64,000 nt of DNA from Vicugna vicugna (Eukaryota), in contig MU058423.1 in the NCBI GenBank assembly GCA_013265495.1, positions 5,190,745-5,254,744 on the forward strand. The letters are read 5' to 3'. Below the pieces are notes generated by a model, which saw only the letters and a program-made list of their open reading frames with translations, searched no databases and had not been told where the DNA came from. Shown here one piece after another: positions 1-10,442 of this stretch. Within the stretch, counting starts at the first letter, position 1, and every line of letters begins with the position of its first letter. The position numbers and the translations under genes were made by a program.

Positions 1-668
1 TACACTGCTGGTGGGAATGCAGTTTGGTGCAGCCACTATGGAAAACAGTGTGGAGATTCCTCAAAAGACTAGGAATAGACTTACCATATGACCCAGGAAT
101 CCCACTCCTGGGCTTGTATCCAGAAGGAAATCTACTTCAGGATGACACCTGCACTCCAATGTTCATAGCAGCACTATTTACAATAGCCAAAACATGGAAA
201 CAGCCTAAATGTCCATCAATAGGTGACTGGATAAAGAAGAAGTGGTATATTTATACAATGGAATACTACTCAGCCATAAAAACCGACAACATAACGCCAT
301 TTGCAGCAACATGGATGCTCCTAGAGAATGTCATTCTAAGTGAAGTAAGCCAGAAAGAGAAAGAAAAATACCATATGAGATCTCTCATATGTGGAATCTA
401 AAGACTCATGGACAGAGAATACAGACTTGTGGTTACCAGGGAGGGTAGAGGGTGGGAAGGGATAGACTGGGATTTCAAAATTGTAGAATAGATAAACAAG
501 ATTACACTGTATAGCACAGGGAAATATACACAAAATGGTATGATAAATTACAGAGAAAAAAATGTGACAGTGTGTATATGTCCATGAGTGACTGAAAAAT
601 TGTGCTGAACACTGGAATTTGACACAACATTGTAAAATGATTATAAATCAATAAAAATGTTAAAAAAA
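1..668 (+). mobile_element. Young LINE-1 3' end (ORF2 C-terminus, 3'UTR, poly-A); continues upstream of the window
   Basis: ORF 24-401 is the L1 ORF2 C-terminus ([10 protein letters not shown]...[24 protein letters not shown]...EYYSAIK) with an intact stop. A 3'UTR with AATAAA near 650 and an A-tail at 662-669 follows. Confidence 0.97.
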
Positions 669-1460
669 AGGCCACATATGATAAATGCTGGAGAGAGTGT
701 GGAGAAAAGGGAATCCTCCTACACTATCAGTGGGAATGTGGTTTGGTGCAGCCATTAGGGAAAACAGTTTGGAGAGTCCTCAAAAAACTAAAAATAAACT
801 TACCATTTGATCCAGTAATCCCACTCCTGGGCATATACTGGGAGGAAATTCTAATTCAAAAAGACACATGCACCCCAGTGTTCATAGCAGTGCTATTTAC
901 AATGGCCAAGACACAGAAGCAACCTAAATGTTGCTTCATTGACAGATGACTGGATAAAGATGATGTGGTATGTATATATAATGAAATACTACTCAGCCAT
1001 AAAAAATAAATTAATGCAAATTGAAGTAACATGGATGGATCTATAGATTGTCATACTAAGTGAAGTAAGCCAGAAAGAGAAAGAAAAATACCGTATGATA
1101 TCACTTATATGTGGAATCTAAAAAAAAGGACACAAATGAACTTTACAAAACAGAAACAGACTCAATGACATAGAAAACAAATTTACGGTTACCAGCGGAG
1201 AAAGAGGGGGTAGTGAAGGGATAAACTGGGAGTTCAGGATGTGCAGACACTAACTACTATATATAAAATGGATAAACAACAAGTTTATACTGTATACCAC
1301 AGGGAACTATATTCAATATCTTGTAGCAACCTACAATGAAAAAGAATATGAAAAAGAATGCACATACATATTTATGTATAACTGAATCACTGTGCTACAC
1401 ACCAGAAATTAATACAACATTGTAAACCAACTATATTTCATTAAAAAAATAAACAAATAG
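669..1460 (+). mobile_element. Older LINE-1 3' end (decayed ORF2 C-terminus and 3'UTR)
   Basis: Starts gataaatgctggagagagtgtggagaaaagg. ORF 743-949 is homologous to ORF2 with a frameshift. Ends in an A-rich tail at ~1443-1460. Confidence 0.95.
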
Positions 1461-1921
1461 ACAAAGAGGCACAATTCTAAAGCTTTGGGGCATAGAGATA
1501 CTAGATTCTTAATTACAGGTAAAATTCCAAAATACTTTGTATAAACCTATTTGCATATAAATCCAAAGTAACACCATGTAAATGAAACTGTGTTCAAATA
1601 ACTGCTATCTCCATTTTGTTTTATGCATGCGGGTGGGGGCTGGAGGAGGAGGCCAGTGGCATTGCTTCACCAGTACCTCTGTTAGACTATAAAAGATTAA
1701 ATACTGGTATTTCATAATTAGAGATGCTTCTCTTTTTTTATGGAAAATCTCATGTTTTGGAAAAACATTTGCAAGTAGAGTCAGGATTCCATATAGAGAC
1801 AATACAGTAGATTAGTATCACCCTTCATCTCACTTTATTTTTTTCCATTTAGTAAGACACGAGCAGATCAGAGACGAAATCCTCTATTCATTTGTTTTTA
1901 CTGTCTTTTGAGCAGATTATT

Positions 1922-1947
1922 AAAAAAAAAAGAGAGAGAGAGAGAGA
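1922..1947. repeat. (A)n(AG)n simple repeat
   Basis: aaaaaaaaa agagagagagagagaga. Confidence 0.9.
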
Positions 1948-2404
1948 AATGGGGCAATGTATTTAGGAAGGTGGCTGATGTATTTTCTGAACTGTCATAC
2001 TGTCTGGAACCTTGTTAGTTTCTAAATATGTAAAATGTAATAATTGGTGAAATAACATTCATTTTGCCAGTTTGGGTCATTTTGTTCACTCTTCTCAGAA
2101 GGTTGTGCTAGGGGTTTCTAATATCTTTAACAATAAAAAAAAATACTTCTCAGCAAAAGTATCACAAATGTAGAGGATCCTTTCAGTTTATTTCACCTTC
2201 AAGTCAAATTAACATAGTTCTTATTGATCAATTCAATGGTATGCAGTAGGAAAAAAACCCAAAGATTTATTTTTCCTGATTAAATTCCTTCATTAAACTG
2301 TCCAAACTTTGAACATAATAAGTCAAAGGTCCAGAAAATGTGGCATATATTCATTTACCTTTCATAAATTTTTTTCAAATTTTTCAGAATTAATTAATTA
2401 TTCT

Positions 2405-2620
2405 AAAACACTTGCTGAGTGGCTTCTCTGCTAGGCACTGGGCTAGGACCAGGGAACTGAGAGGTGGACATTATGACTCTGGCTCAGAGATTATCCAATG
2501 AACTAGACTGTCATGCAAACTGGAGAGCAGTGTGCTACGGTCTAGTAAAGGCTTGTGCAAGTTGCTCTGCAGTGCATGTGGGAAGAAGCATCACTTCTCT
2601 TAGAGGATTTTGGGGGGTGA
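2405..2620 (-). mobile_element. L2 3' fragment
   Basis: cacttgctgagtggcttctctgctaggcactgggctagg resembles the reverse complement of the L2 3' end. Confidence 0.6.
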
Positions 2621-4874
2621 CAGTCAAAATATTTATAAATGTGGCCTCAAATCTTGCCTAAAAGGCAGTTATTACCTGTCAATCAATTTGACGAAAAGTT
2701 GGATCATATTCACTATCCCTTCGCTGCTGGTAAAAACCATATTGAGGCTAGAAGTAGAAGCTGAGAATTAAAATGAAAGCACTATAGTGTGAAAGCTGGA
2801 AAACTTCTAGTAAATTTGACAAAGAGGAATGCTCATCAATGCACAAAAGAGGTTAGATCAACACTTTAACAGGGGCACTGTAGACAGCTAAAACAAATGG
2901 GGACACTTCACAAGCACACATTCTGCAGAATGGAGGCCCCATTGAGAATACAAAGGTTAAGAAGTGGAGGTGGTAAGGTTTCAGTTCCAGGCCTGCTCCC
3001 TTTCCTACTTCTGTCTGAAATATGTCAGTAATTTATTTTGAGATAAAAATAAGTATTGTTAATAGAAATGTGTCGCTGCTTGTGTCATTGAAAATGAATT
3101 TAAATAATAAAACCTAAACATATTATTTTGAAGGAAAACAATATTTTATGAAAGACTGTCATGTAGTGGAACTAAATACACTACTGAAAATAATCAAAGG
3201 TTAAAGACTGTATAACATACCTATTCCATCTTTAATCTGTTATCATGTTTGCATGTAGAAAGCTTTCTATTCTGAACTGTGTTCAAGCATAAGAGACACT
3301 AACTAGGAGATTACCTAGTTCTTACAAAGTCATTTAGAAAGTTTAACAGATTCATATAGCTAAATGGTATTTTAATGGATACACTGTGTGTGTGTATGTC
3401 TGTGTATACAGTGAAGAATGAAGATCAAGTATAGTGTCCTAATATGAATAAAAATAGGAAATTTGAAGGGTAAATAAAGGACTCTTAACAAATTAAGATG
3501 CTGGCAGGAATACAAAATACGCTGTCAACCCCAATTATTTGTAACACGTGGGTATCTACGGAGGACATTTTTTTCTCTGTGTAGTTAGGCAACTCTCAGT
3601 GCCCTTTCCAAAGGGCAGCAACTCCCAGGAAGATGGATTACATGTAGGTAGAACAATCTGGCATCCATTATGTTAAATTCTTGCTAACACTAATAAGATT
3701 ATCTCTGCCCTTTTCCTCCATTTCCAAATAGTTACAGAGATCTCATTTTTAGAAAAATACTCGGAATAGCTTATATGCAAAGAGTATTCCCCTTTCATAT
3801 TATTTGGTATTAAGTTATTTTACAAGAAATATTAGTTAGAATAAGTCCTTTTGGAAATGAAGAAAGCGCTGGAGTATAACGGGCATTTCTCAACTTGTAG
3901 CTGAGATCCACTCATTTTAGGTGGAAAAGCACTAGTACAACACCTACACTAAACTTTATCGTATTCTAAATTACGGCGGAGTAATCAGTCCCTTTACAAA
4001 CAAAATAAAATATTTTACCAGCAATGTCTAGTTTCCCTAGGTGCTCACCTGGGAGATGAGCCTGGTGATGGATTACTGACCATGCTATTATCTTTTCTGA
4101 GTTTTTAAGGTGCTTAGCTTATGGAACATGGAACAATGCACCACTTGCGAAAGTAGCCTGCTTACTGAATGAGAACTAAAGTGATGACGATTTTCTCTTC
4201 ATACAAAGGCTTGCATTAAGTAAAATCATCATGAAAAATTTAGTTAGTAGACAAACAAAACCCAGTACAACCTCATTTCACTTGTGTATGCAGACTTACA
4301 GTGGACAGAACATTTATTGTGGAGATACAGATTGATGTTTGAAGGAACATGAGCGGGAAGGTATCTTTTACAGTACACACATGATGAATGACGATGTTGT
4401 ACATAAAATGCAAAAAAATGAAATATGAAATAGCAAAGATTATACTTAATTTATTCCAAGTAGTCTTTTTAAAGAATTTTAAAATGTCAAGTGCTAATTT
4501 AACCAGAGAGTATTGCATTTCCTAATACCAACTAGTTTGTTGAAAGCAATCCCTTGAAAACAGACAAAAGCATAACCGTAGTACTTATTAATCGTGTAAG
4601 AGAATAGTGACACTGGTAATGGGTATATTACTTTAAGAATTATTCTGAATCCTAATTTCATGGTTACATATTCTAAAAATTGTCAGGAGCAAATGTTGTT
4701 CACATCCTTATGTCTTTCTCCTATAGTTTTACAGTAGAATCATATTTTCAAACTTGAACTTTTAATCATAATTTTGGAGTAAAGATTAACAGTGATGACT
4801 TTTATGCCTCTGATTTCTCCATATGGAGAGTAGTATAATACACATTATTGCAGTGTTATAACTTTAAACAGACA

Positions 4875-5500
4875 GACTTTTATTGTCAAAGTAATACACA
4901 CTCAAGGGCAAAAAAAGAATAAAATAAAATGCACTTAAAATCCCACTATCCAGAAACTGGCATTACTAACATCATACTCTTTGTAACCTATTACAGAAAT
5001 TTTTATATACCTAAAGTTGAATCATTCAGCAAATTTCTGTAATATCTTTTGTCCTCCTGCATTTTTGTAATATTTTGGTATGTTCTTTGCGTTATCATGT
5101 ATTTAATCAACATTCTCAATGTTGGAAATTTTAGTAACTTCTAAATTTGGATTTTTATAAACAACTTGGTTACAGGCACTGTTGGAGCTACATCTTTCCT
5201 TTCACCCTCTGTAAAGCCTTTGGGGGAATGCACAACTGGCCTTCAGAAAATTTGTGCCAAGTTCGTGCAAGTGAATTTTTTAAGCAGTTCATGTAAGTGG
5301 CTACTTCTTTGCATGCATTAATTATCCCATTGAACATGATTTTGTTTTAATTTGCTTTTCTGATTTAAAAAAGTGGATAATATAAGTATGCTTATTGGGT
5401 TTCTAAAGAATAAATTTCACATTCAAGTCATCTGTCTGTGTTGCTATTGGCATATTCATCATTTTCTAATGATGTAGATGTCCTTGAGGTATTTTAATAG
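4875..5500 (-). mobile_element. Ancient L1 (L1ME-like) fragment
   Basis: Degenerate antisense L1 motifs: ttttattgtcaaagtaatacac, tgttggaaattttagtaacttctaaattt, tttgttttaatttgcttttctg. Confidence 0.55.
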
Positions 5501-6089
5501 ATACTGACTTCTGCAAACATTCTGAGCTATGTGTCATACTCAATACTGAATTAATAAAATTTGCATTTTTAAAGAATCAGTCATATAATGGACCAATTTA
5601 AATGTTACATGAAAATCATTGCTGTGGATGGGTTAATATTAACCTGAAATAATGCAATGACTTCCTGAATCATATAGCGTATTATTCAGACAAATAGTTG
5701 AATAAATTACAAAATGTAGATATTGAAAATAGGAGTTGCTTGAGCTCTTGTGAAGTAAGTTTAAAATTAAAACCGACCATTAAAAATAATAGTACGCTAA
5801 CAAAATTTAAAAGAAGAGTTAATAAATACTATGCTATGAGAAGTACAAATTGGCAGAATGTAAACTTGTTGGCCTCGTGTTCTGGGTACAAAATAATACT
5901 CGTATCATAGTGGACTGTAACCTTGAGTGCTTCAATGATAAGGAGTTACTGGTGATGAAAAAGCATGATATTTGATGGCATTAATGACTAATGTAATAGG
6001 AAATTGATTTCCTAACACCTTTCTCTTCGCATAGTGTCTTTTCCCTTAGATTGAAAGAGAATCAATATGTGAATATCTGAGTATATGAA

Positions 6090-6238
6090 AGGCAGCCAAG
6101 TGTAAAGAAAAAGCTATTCCATTAGCAATTAGGAGACCTGATTCCTTAACCTAATTGTGCCACGAATGAGTTGTATGACCTTGGACAAGTCATTTGGTCT
6201 TTCCAAGGTTTACTTTCTTCATTCAAAAGAGAAAATGG
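6090..6238 (+). mobile_element. MIR SINE
   Basis: MIR core gagttgtatgaccttggacaagtca...tttcttcatt. Confidence 0.75.
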
Positions 6239-6394
6239 TATCCAAGGCTCAGGACTAAATTCATGTAATTCAATGTTGAAATAAATACACTGAATATCCT
6301 TTGATGACATTTCCCGACCTGTCTTCTACAGAAGGCTGTTTTCCTGTTTGTAATGACTAACGCTTTGCGAGAGTTTAATTTAACGGAAGCGCTA

Positions 6395-6575
6395 TTCTTA
6401 TTGAATGCTTACAAAACTCCAGGTCAGTATTTGCTATTATTTCATTTTATAAATGAAGAATCTTATCTAAGACAGGCTAAACAATCTGCTCTGGGTTCAC
6501 AGTGCTAGTGAGAAGTCAAACTAGGATTCAAAGCCAGGTAGTCTGACTCCATAATCTGTCACTTGAAGCATTATC
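6395..6575 (-). mobile_element. MIR SINE
   Basis: Antisense core cattttataaatgaagaatc...ctaggattcaaagccaggtagtctgactcc. Confidence 0.8.
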
Positions 6576-6579
6576 TACA

Positions 6580-6812
6580 CTTTCATAAATATGTGTTTTT
6601 GCTCAAATAAACTTGGGAAACACTGGCTTCAACAGGGCAAAATCAGTTGAACACAAGACAATTCAGAATATTTAAGATTAATTTTGAGTATCCAAGAGGG
6701 AATCAAGTACATAGCTGCCCACATTTCTTTTTTGGACAACCGAAGTCCTAAGAAGGAATACTTAACATGTCAAAGGCACTAGAGTTCTGCAAAAAACTTT
6801 TGGAAAATGCTG
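6580..6812. mobile_element. Probable hAT-Charlie DNA transposon remnant
   Basis: Terminal-like motif ctttggaaaatgctg and internal aaacttgggaaacactgg, typical of MER/Charlie-derived elements. Confidence 0.4.
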
Positions 6813-6816
6813 ATTC

Positions 6817-7687
6817 TTTTTCGTTTTTGACTTATTTTTTACTAAAGTATAGTCAGTTTACAATGTTGTGTCAATTTCTGGTGTACAGCATAATAATTCA
6901 GTCATACATATACATACATATATTCATTTTCATATTCTTTTTCATTATAGGTTACTACAAGATATTGAAAATAGTTCCCTGTGTATTCAGTATAAACTTG
7001 TTATTGATCTATTCTATATATAGTGGTTAGTATCTGCAAATCTCAAATTCCTAATTTATCCCTTCACCATCCCCTTCACCTTGGTAATCATGTTTGTTTT
7101 CTATGTCTGTGAGTCAGTTTCTGTTTTGTAAATAAGTTCATTTGTGTCCTTTTTTTTCAGATTCCACATATGAGTGATTCCATATGGTATTTTTTTTTCT
7201 CTTTCTGGCTTACTTCACTTAGAATGACAATCTCCAGGTCCATCCATGTTGCTACAAATGGTATTATTTTATTCTTTTTTATAGCTGAGTAGTATTCCAT
7301 TGTATAATATATCACAGCTTCTTTATTTAGTCATCTGTCAATGGATATTTAGGTTGTTTCCAGGTCTTGGCTATTGTGAATAGTGCTATGAACATTGGAA
7401 TGCATATATATTTTCAAATTAAAATTCTCTCTGAGTATATGTCCAGGAGTAGAATTGCTGGATCATACAGTAAGTATTTTTAGTTTTTTGAAGAATCTCC
7501 AAACTGTTTTCCATAATGGCTGCACCAAACTACATTTCACCAACACTGTAGGAGGGTTCCCTTTTCTCCGCACCCTCTATAGTTTGTGGCCTTCTGAATG
7601 ATGGCCATCCTTACTGGTGTGAGGTGATACCTCATTGTAGTTTTGATTTGCATTTCTCTGACAATTAGTGATATTGAGCATTTTTCA
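6817..7687 (-). mobile_element. LINE-1 3' end (ORF2 C-terminus and 3'UTR), antisense
   Basis: T-rich tail at ~6817-6840, then continuous antisense L1 through gtgaggtgatacctcattgtagttttgatttgcattt...gagcattttt. Confidence 0.95.
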
Positions 7688-8275
7688 AACTATAATTTGA
7701 AAAGACAGTTACCCAGTGTTCATGGTAGCACTATTTATAATAGCCAAGAATGGAAACAACCTAAATGTCCATCGACAGATGAATGGATAAAGAAGATGTG
7801 GTATATATATAGTATGGAATATTACTTGGCCATAAAAAGAATGACATGATGCAATTTGCAGCAACAAGGATGGACCTAAAGATTATTATATTAAGTGAAG
7901 TCAGTCAAACAGAGAAAGACAAATATCATGTGACATCCCTTATATGTGGAATCTAAAAAAAATGATACATATTCTATTTATAACCAAAAACAGACACATG
8001 GACATGGTTATCAAAGGGAAAAGGGCAGGGGAGAGAGAAATAGGAGTTTAGGATTAACAGATACACACTACTATATATAAAATAGATAAGCAACAAGGAT
8101 GTATTATATGGCATAGGAAACTATATTCAATTTCCTATAATAAAATATACGGGAAAATAATCTGAAAAGAAAATATGTATATGTACTTATATGTATAACT
8201 GAACTGCTTTGCTGTATTCCTGAAACTAATATTGTTAACTACATTTCAGTTAAAAATAAAATTAAAAAATAAATG
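7688..8275 (+). mobile_element. LINE-1 3' end, older cetartiodactyl-type 3'UTR
   Basis: [25 protein letters not shown] in ORF 7643-7849, then 3'UTR and A-rich tail at ~8252-8273. Confidence 0.93.
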
Positions 8276-8279
8276 TTTA

Positions 8280-8480
8280 AAAAGTGATTATTGATGTAGT
8301 TAGATTAATATCTATATTGTCTCCTGTTTTCTACTTTTATCCTTATTTTTTGTTCCTATTTTTGTCTTCCACTCTTTTTCTGTCTTTTGTGGATTTAATT
8401 GAGCATTTTATATGATTTCATTTTTTCTCGTTTCTTAGCATATTATTTATAATTCTTTTTACCTCATTTTAGTAGTGAAT
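8280..8480 (-). mobile_element. Old L1 (L1MC/L1MD-like) fragment
   Basis: aaagtgattattgatgtagttagattaatatcta...gagcattttatatgatttcattttt matches the antisense old-L1 inter-ORF region as I recall it. Confidence 0.6.
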
Positions 8481-9081
8481 CATTTACTTTTATTTGTATT
8501 TTTATAACTAGAATACTGTTTGTGAATGTGCAATTTTCTGATTTGCACATGTAAAAAGAATACATATCTACAAAAGCAATGATTCTTTATTATATTTTTC
8601 AGTGTAAAATTCATTTTGACACAGCTTTAGAAAAGTGTGTTTTTAAAAAGTTTATTTTCAATTGCATCATAAAGGTAAGTATTCATTTGAATGGTATTTG
8701 TGTTTTAATTAAAAAATATTGAATGCCCACTATTATATGTCTGACATCTTATCACCCCCATCTTAAGTATTCATTCATCTGTTTAAAATATACATGAAAA
8801 TCAAAGCATATACCCCATTTGACATTTGCAAGCTAAACATTTATAGGATAGGAAGCTTCATAGTATTTCACATTCTATGAAACTGTACTGCACAAAATAA
8901 AATTGTTAGAAATCAGAAAAATTAGGAGTATTTTAAATAGCTATATGAGCATCTGACAAATTTCTACTACAATAGTAAAAATTGTTCAAAAACGAGTAAG
9001 CTCTTTTCAACTTGTGAATGACTTCTTCAGTCATTCAAGGTTTCCCACCTCTGATATCTAACATCTCTTGAATATTCAGGC

Positions 9082-9662
9082 AGTAGGGTGGATTTTTATC
9101 CAATCAATTTAGCTAAATTGGAATCACCTTTCCTAGAATTCCCATTCTTTTATGTTTCCAATTTTGGTGAGCCACAAGAGATTTTTTTTTTTTTTTTGAA
9201 TGAGCAAATGAAAGCAGAAAAGAAAAACTGGGCACCCTTTTCACACAGAAGAAAGTTGTCGAAAGGCCCAGGGTCCTACCACAAACATCACACACATGGT
9301 TGCTTATCTGCTGTCTCGCTTCATTGCTGCAGGTCCGCAGTCAGGACTGCAGGTTTTCCAGGTTCGCTAGTCCTCCTTCTTCAGGCTCACTGACACCTAG
9401 GTCAGGTACATGCTCAACACAGGCAGAGAGGGCGTCAACCTTTCATACAGATCACCTCTATCACTGGTGTTCTGAGTTTGGAGATGATTAGATACTGACA
9501 TACTGACATCTCTGTCCACTGTAGTAGATTTCAACTTACTCTTGCAGGTTCCAATTTTTCCTTGCTTCCCACACTTCATATACATTTTTCCTACCAGACC
9601 ATCTTGTGGTTTTATATCATCTCCTAGTGGTTACCCTTCTCTGTTTAAACCTGACTAAAACA
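9082..9662 (+). mobile_element. MLT2E/F-like ERV-L solo LTR
   Basis: 5' part gctaaattggaatcacctttcctagaattccc...gccacaagag; 3' end ctcctagtggttacccttctctgtttaaacctgactaaaaca. Same family as the LTR at 42424-44460. Confidence 0.8.
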
Positions 9663-10319
9663 GGCAGATCTAACTTTGGGCCGTATTTTGTGCTTCCGTG
9701 GTACCTCAGCCATACCTATCTCAACATTTATCAAATTGTCTTACATTTCCTTATCTGTCTCTCCCCCTGCTTTGAGGCAAATGTGAGGCAGATTTTATTT
9801 ATCTTTTTATTGCAATAGGCCAGTTCTTGCATTATAACATTATACATTAAAAATACTTAATATATGCATGCTGAACTGAATGAGGCCCTTTACAAATTTG
9901 TTTACTTAAACACTTTCAAGAATTTATTTTTTAAAGTACTTCAAGGAAGTCTAATGTTGTTGCAGTTTTCTGTGCTCGCAGGGTCTTGTATGTAACAGTA
10001 GTAAGGTGAGCAGTTGTTTAATTATAAGGAAGCCCTTAGGTCAATTGCTGATGTATTTAATAAAGACTGTTTCACCCCAAACCATCTGTGAATCCTAGCT
10101 TTCATAATTCAAGGACTATAGCTTTGTTCTTGATTACATTTGGGGATTAATGGTATAACAGGCTATATCATCCTATAAACCTTAATCTATCACAATACTT
10201 GCTTTTATATTTATAACCAAGTCCTCTGTTTTCAAAGTTTGTTCTGTCCTGAATCCACGTGCTGCCTCGGCTACTGCTACTCTGTTATTTTGGGGAAGAT
10301 ACACCACCCCAAGTGTATC

Positions 10320-10442
10320 AGGGATGATATCTATGTTATAAACATGGTTATTAGAAGACATAAAAGGAATATATATAAATGGAGCCCATGCACAGTCCTT
10401 AGCATATAATATTTGTCCAGTGAGAATTAGCTATTATTATCA
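10320..10442 (+). mobile_element. MIR 3' fragment
   Basis: cacagtccttagcatataa...ttagctattattat matches the MIR tail. Confidence 0.55.

Noticed and set aside
24..401. ORFs at 24-401, 40064-40468, 47444-47662 and 47706-47948
   Set aside because: All are L1 ORF2 C-terminal fragments.
4273..4518. Hydrophobic 81-aa minus-strand ORF with flanking AG and GTAAGT
   Set aside because: Hydrophobicity is explained by T-rich composition; no recognisable homology or supporting exons.
6817..8275. Single twin-primed L1 interpretation
   Set aside because: Both halves contain the same L1 region with their own tails and different-looking 3'UTR subfamilies.
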